From NCBI GenBank assembly GCA_964589195.1, contig CAZPQT010000002.1:1-35371 (forward strand): 35,371 bases of DNA, written 5' to 3'. Positions 17,124 through 24,242 of this stretch are shown piece by piece. Source of the stretch: an uncultured Candidatus Saccharibacteria bacterium. GTDB lineage: Bacteria; Patescibacteriota; Minisyncoccia; Portnoybacterales; UBA2143. The notes beneath the pieces are model-generated. The model saw nothing but the letters and a program-made list of their open reading frames with translations. It had not been told where the DNA came from and searched no databases. Position 1 is the first letter of the stretch; every line of letters begins with the position of its first letter. The position numbers were made by a program, and so were the translations under genes.

Positions 17124-19169
17124 TTATTGTGTGCCTTCTTTTTCTTCATTTCCTGGCGTTGTACAGATTGAATAAATATTTTGTGCTTCAGAAAGACTGA
17201 CTTGCAAAGATTGTTTTTGAACATAGAGAGTGCCTGCTTCGGGGTATTCTTCACTGAAGCCGCGGGCTTGCAGAAGATTGTCCACTGTTTGGTTAACAGT
17301 CATATTAGCCTCTTGAGTATCATTGCTAAGCCCAGACATATCTTCAGATGAAGATTGGGCGGCTGCTTGCCCATCACTAATAAGCAATTCTAAAGCTATT
17401 TGGACAGCGTCTCTTTCGGTATCTAAGGCAGCTTGCTCTTCGTCGGTTGGCGGCTGCAAGGTTTCGTCAAAGAGGGTAACATATTCATCTACTTTCTCAA
17501 TAAAGTCGTTGGTTGAGGCGATGGCCGTGGCGGTATCAGTAATCCGTTGGTTGGTTGAACTAATGTTTTCTCCCAAGCCGGTTATCTGGCTGGTTATCTG
17601 GGGACTGATTTCCAGAATTTCATGAAGATGGTAAGTAACATATCCAGGAGTACAATAACCTTCGTGTTCATAAGCGCAACTACTCCATTTTTGCCAACTC
17701 GATTTTTTAATTGAAATACTGCCTATATTGGAAGCAGTAATTTGAAATATTTCTATGGTTCGCTCACTTTCATCAATGGCCTGGGCCGGTTCTGTATATG
17801 TGCTGGTCATTTGAGAATTAGCCCAGAGAGGTAAAGAACAGTCAACTGCGAAAATAGTTTCTAAAGTAGTTAGAATATTGCTTTGTATAGTTTCTATGCT
17901 TGTCATAACGCTCAAATTAGATTGTTGTTGAGGCAGTAGTTGGGTTTCTAAATTTTCTTTGAGAAATTCTTGTTGATCAACTAAGAAAGCGGCCATATCT
18001 GCCGCAATCATAGCCTCAGCCGGGCTTTCTATGTCAGCAATGGGACTGCCGGCTGGCAAAGGTTCGTCCGGATTCTCTACGGTTGGTCCGGTTATTTGAA
18101 TTTTTTCTAATCCTTCCTGAATTAGTCGGTTAATTAAGGCATTGCCGATAGCCACAACATAGGGGGCGAAAGTACCAAGGTTAGCGGTCATGGTCGCTAC
18201 TTCTTGACCTAGGATATCCATTTCCCGGTCCATGGCTCGGCTGGTTACGTCAGATAAAACTGAAGCCGGTGTTTGGACTTTTTCTTCTTCACAAATAAAA
18301 GAATAATCCATATCGCCTTCAACTGATTCTTTGGCGCTCTTACAACTTCCAATATCATTACAGACACTATTAACTTCCTGGGTATAATTATCTACAACTT
18401 TTCCTCTGATACAAACCTTGACTGACAAAAAGCCGCTGCCAGCCATTCCTTCCTGCCCAGCTGCTTCTTTAGCTTTCTCTTCTTGAATTTTTTTCTCGGT
18501 TTGAGCAACGAGATAACCGCCGTAAAAATTACCTTGCGGTTTAGTTAGTTCAATCCAACCCATCCAGCCTGCTTCCTTAAAATCATCATAAAACATTTTA
18601 ATATTAATACCCATATCTTCCAGAGTACATTTGACTCTTTCATCAAAAGTAGACACGCCTAACAAAGGGATTTTAATGGCTATATCAAATGGTTCACAAA
18701 GCCAGCCGGCACCTAAATATTTATCCACAAATAAGCCGCCGGCTTTGTTGCCTGCGTCTCCAAGAAAACCTTCCCAATCACTAATAAATTTTGGTTCGCC
18801 GCCGCCTTGAATCCATAAAATAATCTCATTAGTCAGCATATTCATAAGCGTATGAATAGCTATTGTCGCAGCCACCCGGGTGACCCGAGCCAGCAAAGTA
18901 TCGCTCTTTTGCCAAAGGGCAATAGCTGTTTTTATGTTATCGGCGGCATAAGCATAGGCCGCTTGAACTCTTTCCCAAGCCCATTTGGCCGCGTCTTTAA
19001 CGGCATTATAAGCTCGTTGGGCGTAAGCTACTAAATCTACAAAGGTAAGGGCTTCGACTGGTTTAGGATAAAATAAAACCCAGGCGCCTGCCAAAAAAAT
19101 CATGGTGATGATTAAAACAGCGGCTAAATTTCCTTGCAAAAGAGAATTTTTATAAAATAGATTAAACAT
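17124..19169 (-). CDS. Large membrane-anchored extracytoplasmic hypothetical protein (T4SS-like string)
   Basis: 681-aa ORF with one N-terminal TM helix (LAAVLIITMIFLAGAWVLFY). The remainder is predicted to be extracellular, with several Cys residues (CEPF, KCTLED, VCIRG, VCNDIGSCKS, FICEEE, SSCAYEHEGYCTPG). No family recognised. Confidence 0.7.
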   Translation of the reverse strand: MFNLFYKNSLLQGNLAAVLIITMIFLAGAWVLFYPKPVEALTFVDLVAYAQRAYNAVKDAAKWAWERVQAAYAYAADNIKTAIALWQKSDTLLARVTRVAATIAIHTLMNMLTNEIILWIQGGGEPKFISDWEGFLGDAGNKAGGLFVDKYLGAGWLCEPFDIAIKIPLLGVSTFDERVKCTLEDMGINIKMFYDDFKEAGWMGWIELTKPQGNFYGGYLVAQTEKKIQEEKAKEAAGQEGMAGSGFLSVKVCIRGKVVDNYTQEVNSVCNDIGSCKSAKESVEGDMDYSFICEEEKVQTPASVLSDVTSRAMDREMDILGQEVATMTANLGTFAPYVVAIGNALINRLIQEGLEKIQITGPTVENPDEPLPAGSPIADIESPAEAMIAADMAAFLVDQQEFLKENLETQLLPQQQSNLSVMTSIETIQSNILTTLETIFAVDCSLPLWANSQMTSTYTEPAQAIDESERTIEIFQITASNIGSISIKKSSWQKWSSCAYEHEGYCTPGYVTYHLHEILEISPQITSQITGLGENISSTNQRITDTATAIASTNDFIEKVDEYVTLFDETLQPPTDEEQAALDTERDAVQIALELLISDGQAAAQSSSEDMSGLSNDTQEANMTVNQTVDNLLQARGFSEEYPEAGTLYVQKQSLQVSLSEAQNIYSICTTPGNEEKEGTQ

Positions 19170-19171
19170 TT

Positions 19172-20167
19172 TTAATATTGGTCAAGTTTATCAGCTAATT
19201 TTAGAAACATTTGTTTAAGCAAATCTTTAGTAACTTTATACTGTTCCAAAGCTAAATTTGTTTTGAGCGGGTCCTGGTCTATCTGTTTAATTGCTTTGAA
19301 AATATTGGCGGTTACCTGAAAAATACCGATTTGTTCTTTGTGAATATCTTTTAAGCCAGCCGGCACTGGGATTTGCTTGAGTTCTTCAGCGGCTCCTTGA
19401 TAGAATTTGATGTATTTATCAATTTCAGTAAAATCTCTATCTTGAATAGCATAATAAAAAAGCTCGCTTTCTGATTCAAATGAATTTCCCTGGTCAATAG
19501 AACTTTTAGATTCCCATTGCTCAATAGCTTCAACCATTTTTCCAGCATAGAATTGAATGGCCGCTTGACTGTTATCAGCCGAGATAACTATTTCTTCATC
19601 GGGAATATGAGGCAAGGAAAATTCCTCCATGGCTTGACTGATTACTTGCTGAATAGCGGTGTTGACAATACGATTAGACGTACTGATTGAAGACGGGTCT
19701 AAGACATCTGATATTGATTCCATCCCCTGGTTAGTTATTTTTTCTCTTAAACTCCCGGCCAAAGCTATAGTCAGGTTGTGGGGTATGGAACGGGGCTTAG
19801 TTGGGTCTCTATCGGGCAATTCATCATTAGGCGCCGGGATAGTAGGATTATATCCGGAGGCAACTTCTTCGCCGTCAAGATAACCATCTCCGTCAGTATC
19901 GGGCTTACAGGCATCCGTTTGCCAGGTTATTTCCTGCCAATCCATTAGTCCGTCATTATCGCTGTCTTTGTTTTTATCATCAGGATTTGGTTGGCAACTA
20001 GCCATGGTTTTTTTACTTTGTTCAAGGATTTGAGAGAGTTGTTCGCTGATTGAAGCGGTGCCGATTTTACTTTTCAAAACCAAATATCCGCCAATAGTTA
20101 TGCCTATCAGTAATAGAAAAACAACCGCAAAGATATTTATTTTTTTGAATGATTTTAGCGGCTTCAT
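19172..20167 (-). CDS. Membrane-anchored protein with thrombospondin-type-3-like acidic Ca-binding repeats; first gene of the T4SS-like string
   Basis: 331 aa. N-terminal TM helix (INIFAVVFLLLIGITIGGYLVL), then DKNKDSDNDGLMDWQEITWQTDACKPDTDGDGYLDGEEVASGYNP (D-x-D-x-D-G repeats). 2-nt gap to the next gene. Confidence 0.65.
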   Translation of the reverse strand: MKPLKSFKKINIFAVVFLLLIGITIGGYLVLKSKIGTASISEQLSQILEQSKKTMASCQPNPDDKNKDSDNDGLMDWQEITWQTDACKPDTDGDGYLDGEEVASGYNPTIPAPNDELPDRDPTKPRSIPHNLTIALAGSLREKITNQGMESISDVLDPSSISTSNRIVNTAIQQVISQAMEEFSLPHIPDEEIVISADNSQAAIQFYAGKMVEAIEQWESKSSIDQGNSFESESELFYYAIQDRDFTEIDKYIKFYQGAAEELKQIPVPAGLKDIHKEQIGIFQVTANIFKAIKQIDQDPLKTNLALEQYKVTKDLLKQMFLKLADKLDQY

Positions 20168-20175
20168 TTTATGTT

Positions 20176-20204
20176 ATTATACAATATTTTAATGAATAAC
20201 CCAA
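20176..20204 (-). promoter_or_regulatory. Candidate promoter of the T4SS-like operon (very short leader)
   Basis: On the minus strand: TTGGGT (20204-20199), a 17-nt spacer, then TATAAT (20181-20176). Only 8 nt separate the -10 element from the ATG at 20167, and there is no Shine-Dalgarno sequence. Confidence 0.35.
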
Positions 20205-20307
20205 ACTGTCTTTTTTGTAGTTATCCACAGATATTTGGCAGTGGCACTCTCAAGAGGGGCATTGCTTTTCCTTAAGGATATTCCCGGCTTATCATCAACC
20301 AAAGCCA

Positions 20308-20336
20308 TTGACTTTTTTGGGTAAATGATGTATTAT
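20308..20336 (+). promoter_or_regulatory. Candidate sigma70-type promoter of the lipoprotein pair
   Basis: TTGACT (20308-20313), a 17-nt spacer, then TATTAT (20331-20336). AGGAG lies about 8 nt before the ATG at 20396. Confidence 0.45.
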
Positions 20337-20395
20337 TGAGGTATCGGTTTTTTAAAAACTACATAAAAATTTGACTTTAAATAGGAGAAAAAGAA

Positions 20396-20941
20396 ATGAG
20401 AAAGCGAAGGATGATTTGGTTGCCTTTACTGGTATTGGTATTTTCAGTAATGGTGAGTTGTGCGACCATGCCGCCACCGGTGCCTGGCACGGTTAATTTG
20501 GTTAATAAAAACGAAGGGGCTTATGGTTACGGCTCTTTGTCTCGAGGAAATTATTGGTCAAAGGACGACTTATTTACTATTGATCCGGCAACCAACGGTC
20601 TGATGTGGGCTATTTCGCCAGTGTTAAAGTTTAGAATTGAATCAGCCTATACCCGTGAGATTTGGAATATGTTGCGCTTGGATTTAACCCCGAATACCAA
20701 GTATACCCTTTACATCTTCTGGACACGTTTTTACGGCCGGGAATTAGGGGAAAGCGTGGTTCATTTCAGAACCTATATTGACCCCCGGCGACGCTGTCAT
20801 GTTGACAAATTAGGTATTAGAACTTGTGCCAGCGAGATTGTTTATCTGCCACAGGTAAATACTAGCGTGGCTGGTCGGTTTAGGATTCATAAAACCTTTT
20901 ATACGGCTCAGGCAATTAAGGATTTGTTCGGTATGCCTTAG
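20396..20941 (+). CDS. Lipoprotein, hypothetical
   Basis: 181 aa. Signal peptide with lipobox (LLVLVFSVMVSC|ATM). Good RBS. No family recognised. Confidence 0.75.
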   Translation: MRKRRMIWLPLLVLVFSVMVSCATMPPPVPGTVNLVNKNEGAYGYGSLSRGNYWSKDDLFTIDPATNGLMWAISPVLKFRIESAYTREIWNMLRLDLTPNTKYTLYIFWTRFYGRELGESVVHFRTYIDPRRRCHVDKLGIRTCASEIVYLPQVNTSVAGRFRIHKTFYTAQAIKDLFGMP

Positions 20942-20957
20942 GGAGGAGGCGAAGGAA

Positions 20958-21452
20958 ATGAAAGGAATTTGCTTGTTTTGTGTCTTGGGAATATTCTTGA
21001 CTGCTTGCGCTTTTCAAGTTAAGGATTATCCGGTGATTAAAGACCCTAATTATCCTCGGGTAGTGGTTAAGGAAAAAGAGGGAAACGTAGTTAAAGGAAA
21101 GAAGCCCCAGGAAGAAAGAATCCAGGTAGGAACTTTTTATCCGGATCCTACTCGAGGTTATATTGAAAACCAGACCTATAATGTTTTCATTATGATTTGG
21201 CTGGATCCGGTTTTTGAAAAAGGAAAAGCCAAGGGTCCGCCCGATTTTGACCTGCCGCCCAAAGCAGTTGTTGAAGCAGTGATGCCCTTGGGCGGGCATA
21301 ATATTTATGCCCAAGGCAGAATGAAAACAGAGCAGTATGGCTGGCAGTCATTGGGGGAAGCTAACAAGAGATTCTCAATTGATTCCCGGGTCTATTATGA
21401 CGAAAATTACGGCTGGTACATCATTTTTCATCAAGGCGATTTTGAACGATGA
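20958..21452 (+). CDS. Lipoprotein, hypothetical
   Basis: 164 aa. Signal peptide with lipobox (VLGIFLTAC|AFQ). GGAGG lies upstream of the ATG. The 3' end overlaps the convergent rsmA by 22 nt. Confidence 0.75.
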   Translation: MKGICLFCVLGIFLTACAFQVKDYPVIKDPNYPRVVVKEKEGNVVKGKKPQEERIQVGTFYPDPTRGYIENQTYNVFIMIWLDPVFEKGKAKGPPDFDLPPKAVVEAVMPLGGHNIYAQGRMKTEQYGWQSLGEANKRFSIDSRVYYDENYGWYIIFHQGDFER

Positions 21453-22276
21453 AAACGATGGAATAATTTCAGCCAGTCCTCAACGGACAGGTTTTCTGCC
21501 CTGACTTGAATGTCTAAACGACATTGAGTCAGGGCTTTTTTTATTTTTCCCCGGTCTAAGTTGAGTTTTTGAAAAAGGTTATTGATTAATTGTTTTCTGG
21601 GACTGGCAAAGCCAGCTTTGACGATTCGGAAAAACTTTTCTGGGTTGATGTTTTTCGGTTTTTTAATCTGGCTGATTTTAATGATGGCGGAATCTACTTT
21701 GGGTCGAGGCCAGAAAGATTTTTTGGAGACGTAAGAAATGATTTTTGGCTGGCTGTAAAATTGGACGGCTACGGCTAACAAACTCATTTTCGGTGGCTTG
21801 GCGCAAATTCTTTGAGCCACTTCTTTTTGAATCAGGAGAATCATTTCTTGAGGCGGCCGGGCTGATTCTAAAAATAAACGAATCAGCGGCGAAGTTAAAT
21901 AGTAAGGAATATTAGCTACTACCTTATATTTCTTTAGGGACAGTCCCTCTGATACAGTCCTTGATTCAAGGACTGTATCAGAGGGACTGTCCCTGAGAAT
22001 CTTGAGAATATCGTTGTGGATAATTTCAACATTCTGGTGATCTTTCAAGGTTTCTTGTAGTCTGGTAACCATTCGTTTATCTTTTTCCACGGCTATAACT
22101 TTTTTGGCTCTTTGGGCTAATTCTTGAGTAAGAATGCCTAAGCCGGGGCCGATTTCCAAAACAATATCTTTTTTAGAAATTTCAGCAGTCTGGATAATTT
22201 TTTGGAGCGCTTTTTGACTAATTAAAAAATGCTGGCCTAATCGTTTACTGGGCTGGAGATGACATTTTTTAAACAT
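21431..22276 (-). CDS. rsmA: 16S rRNA (adenine1518/1519-N6)-dimethyltransferase RsmA/KsgA, carrying a palindromic-element insert
   Basis: LGQHFL near the N-terminus. SAM-binding VLEIGPGLGILT. VVANIPYYLTSP motif. Typical C-terminal helical domain. The segment RDSPSDTVLESRTVSEGLS is encoded by the repeat at 21936-21994. Confidence 0.9.
   Translation of the reverse strand: MFKKCHLQPSKRLGQHFLISQKALQKIIQTAEISKKDIVLEIGPGLGILTQELAQRAKKVIAVEKDKRMVTRLQETLKDHQNVEIIHNDILKILRDSPSDTVLESRTVSEGLSLKKYKVVANIPYYLTSPLIRLFLESARPPQEMILLIQKEVAQRICAKPPKMSLLAVAVQFYSQPKIISYVSKKSFWPRPKVDSAIIKISQIKKPKNINPEKFFRIVKAGFASPRKQLINNLFQKLNLDRGKIKKALTQCRLDIQVRAENLSVEDWLKLFHRFHRSKSP
21936..21994. repeat. 59-nt perfect palindrome (29-nt arms), GGAC-N-GTCC family, inside rsmA
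   Basis: AGGGACAGTCCCTCTGATACAGTCCTTGA-T-TCAAGGACTGTATCAGAGGGACTGTCCCT, read directly from the sequence. Confidence 0.9.
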
Positions 22277-22282
22277 AGATGA

Positions 22283-22341
22283 TGAGGGACTGTCCCTAAG
22301 ATACAGTCCTTCAAGGACTGTATCTTAGGGACAGTCCCTCA
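22283..22341. repeat. 59-nt perfect palindrome, GGAC-N-GTCC family, at the helicase/rsmA junction
   Basis: TGAGGGACTGTCCCTAAGATACAGTCCTT-C-AAGGACTGTATCTTAGGGACAGTCCCTCA. It encodes the helicase C-terminus EGLSLRYSP and its TGA stop. Confidence 0.9.
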
Positions 22342-24221
22342 GGAATATCGGAAAGGAATCTAGAAGGTGGATTAACCATGGTTTGGCCATAGAGGCGCCG
22401 TTGTTGGGTAAATGTAAGATAGACCCGTTGTTTGGCTCGGGTTATCCCCACATAGCAAAGCCGTCTTTCTTCTTCCATTTGTCCAAGGTCAAAAGAGCTT
22501 CTTGAATGGGGAAAAATTCCCTCTTCACAGCCAATAATAAAAACCACCGGAAATTCTAATCCTTTGGCGCAATGCAAGGTCATTAAATTGATTAAGTTCT
22601 TTTTTGTCTCCACTTCATCAAGACTACTTAATAAAGAGACTTCTTCTAAAAATTTTTCCAAGCCCAAACCGGGTTTCAGTTGATTATATTTATTAGCCAC
22701 GGTCAAAAGTTCTTGGACATTTTCCCAGCGCCTCTCCCCTTCTTCTTGACCATCACGAATATATTTTTCGTAATTAATTTTTTGGATGATTGTTTTGATT
22801 AAATTAGTTAAAGGCATTTTTTGGCTGGTTTGGCGGAAATTGTCAATTAGTTGATAGAAGTTTTTAAGTGGTTCAGGGACAGTCCCTAATCTCCAGTCCT
22901 TTTCCGAAGGACTGGAGATTAGGGACTGTCCCTGATACTTGGCTAAACGTCGGGGAGGAACATTAATGATTCTTTGGCAACTAACCAAATCATTAGGATT
23001 AACAATCAGTTTAAGATAAGCCAGCATATCTTTAATTTCTTTTCGTTCATAGAACCTGACCGTGCCAATAATTTTGTAAGGGAAATTTGCTTTTAAAAAG
23101 GCCTCTTCCACAGCTCGCGACTGGGCATTGGTCCGGTAAAGAACAGTGAAATCCTGAAACTTGAAGCCTGAAACTTGAGATAAATTAGTTATCTCATCGA
23201 CAATAAAATTTCCCTCTTTTTCTTCATCGGCTAATTCAACAAGATTAATTAAATCTCCTGGGGGATTTTTAGTCCAAAGGTTCTTTTCTTTGCGTTGAGT
23301 ATTTTTGCTGATAATATGGTGGCTGGCCTCTAAGATATTGGGAGTGGAGCGGTAATTCTCTTCTAAAAGAATCACTTTGGCCTGAGGATAGTCCTTTTCA
23401 AAATTTAAGATGTTCCTGAAGTCAGCTCCTCGCCAGCTGTATATTGACTGGTCTGGATCGGCAATAAGCCAGAGATTTTTATACTTTTCAGCCAATAAAT
23501 TTATTAAAGTATATTGGCTGAGATTTGTGTCATGGGCCTCGTCAACTAAAATATACTGCCATTTTTCCTGGCATTTTTTCAAGATAGCCGGATTTTTCTG
23601 GAAGAGTTGGACAGTCAGCATAATTAAATCATCAAAATCAAGGGCATCGGCCTTTTTTAAAGCAGTTTGATAAGCCAGGTAAATTTTAGCTATGGTCTGG
23701 GGAAAATATTCTTGGGCTTGGGCTTGATAGGTCTGACAGTCAATTAATTCGTCTTTAGCTCGGGAAATCATTTCGCCAGCTGATTTTGGCTTGAATTGTT
23801 CTGGATTAATTTGCAGGTCTTTGATTATTTTTTTAATTAAAGAGAGCTGGTCAGTTTGGTCATAGATAATGAAATTTTTTTGATATCCCTTTAGTCCGTC
23901 CTCTGGCGGAAATTTATCTATTTCCCGACGGAGAATTTGTAAACAAATAGCATGAAAAGTGCCAATGGTTGGCGCAGACTGAGAAGGGCCGCTTCTCAAG
24001 AGAAGTTTTTTAACCCTTTCTTTCATTTCTCCAGCGGCTTTATTGGTAAAAGTAACGGCCAGGATATTGGCTGCAGGAATATCTTGCCGAATAAGATAGG
24101 CAATGCGGTGAGTTAAACAACGAGTTTTCCCCGAGCCCGGTCCGGAAATAACTAAAACCGGTCCCCTTAAAATGGTGACCGCTTGTTTTTGTTTTGGATT
24201 AAGTGAAGAAAGTATGTCCAT
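22311..24221 (-). CDS. pcrA: UvrD/PcrA/Rep-family ATP-dependent DNA helicase, carrying palindromic-element sequence
   Basis: SF1 helicase motifs: ISGPGSGKTRCL (I), TFTNKAAGEM (Ia), ILVDEAHDTN (II), IADPDQSIYSWRGA (III), ENYRSTPNIL (IV), LYRTNAQSR, LMTLHCAKGLEFPVVF (V), EEERRLCYVGITRAKQ (VI). Confidence 0.9.
   Translation of the reverse strand: MDILSSLNPKQKQAVTILRGPVLVISGPGSGKTRCLTHRIAYLIRQDIPAANILAVTFTNKAAGEMKERVKKLLLRSGPSQSAPTIGTFHAICLQILRREIDKFPPEDGLKGYQKNFIIYDQTDQLSLIKKIIKDLQINPEQFKPKSAGEMISRAKDELIDCQTYQAQAQEYFPQTIAKIYLAYQTALKKADALDFDDLIMLTVQLFQKNPAILKKCQEKWQYILVDEAHDTNLSQYTLINLLAEKYKNLWLIADPDQSIYSWRGADFRNILNFEKDYPQAKVILLEENYRSTPNILEASHHIISKNTQRKEKNLWTKNPPGDLINLVELADEEKEGNFIVDEITNLSQVSGFKFQDFTVLYRTNAQSRAVEEAFLKANFPYKIIGTVRFYERKEIKDMLAYLKLIVNPNDLVSCQRIINVPPRRLAKYQGQSLISSPSEKDWRLGTVPEPLKNFYQLIDNFRQTSQKMPLTNLIKTIIQKINYEKYIRDGQEEGERRWENVQELLTVANKYNQLKPGLGLEKFLEEVSLLSSLDEVETKKNLINLMTLHCAKGLEFPVVFIIGCEEGIFPHSRSSFDLGQMEEERRLCYVGITRAKQRVYLTFTQQRRLYGQTMVNPPSRFLSDIPEGLSLRYSP
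22873..22935. repeat. 63-nt palindrome (29-nt arms, 5-nt loop), GGAC-N-GTCC family, inside the helicase gene
   Basis: TCAGGGACAGTCCCTAATCTCCAGTCCTT-TTCCG-AAGGACTGGAGATTAGGGACTGTCCCTGA. The length is 21 codons. It translates on the minus strand as QGQSLISSPSEKDWRLGTVPE. Confidence 0.9.
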
Positions 24222-24242
24222 TTAATTATTTATACTTTTCCC

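Noticed and set aside
16085-19883. Short antisense ORFs (16085-16393, 16553-16738, 17323-17625, 18852-19034, 19351-19548, 19659-19883)
   Set aside because: All are nested within longer, better-supported minus-strand CDSs of the T4SS-like string or lie in alternative frames of them. None has independent support.
8023-20167. The T4SS-like string as part of an integrative conjugative element
   Set aside because: No integrase, relaxase, coupling protein or flanking direct repeats are visible. The nearest tRNA genes are about 12 kb away and separated by housekeeping genes. This cannot be excluded without the rest of the contig.
20168-20395. Replication origin suggested by the consensus DnaA box at 20221-20229
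   Set aside because: There is only a single box in this spacer. I see no AT-rich 13-mer-type unwinding repeats, no box cluster and no dnaA or dnaN neighbourhood.
20916-21314. 132-aa minus-strand ORF overlapping the second lipoprotein gene
   Set aside because: The plus-strand gene has an RBS, a lipobox signal peptide and operon context. The minus-strand ORF has none of these.
21936-22935. The palindromic repeats as a CRISPR array
   Set aside because: The copies are individually palindromic over about 60 nt. They are irregularly spaced (about 290 and 530 nt apart), lie within coding sequence and differ in sequence. No cas genes are present.
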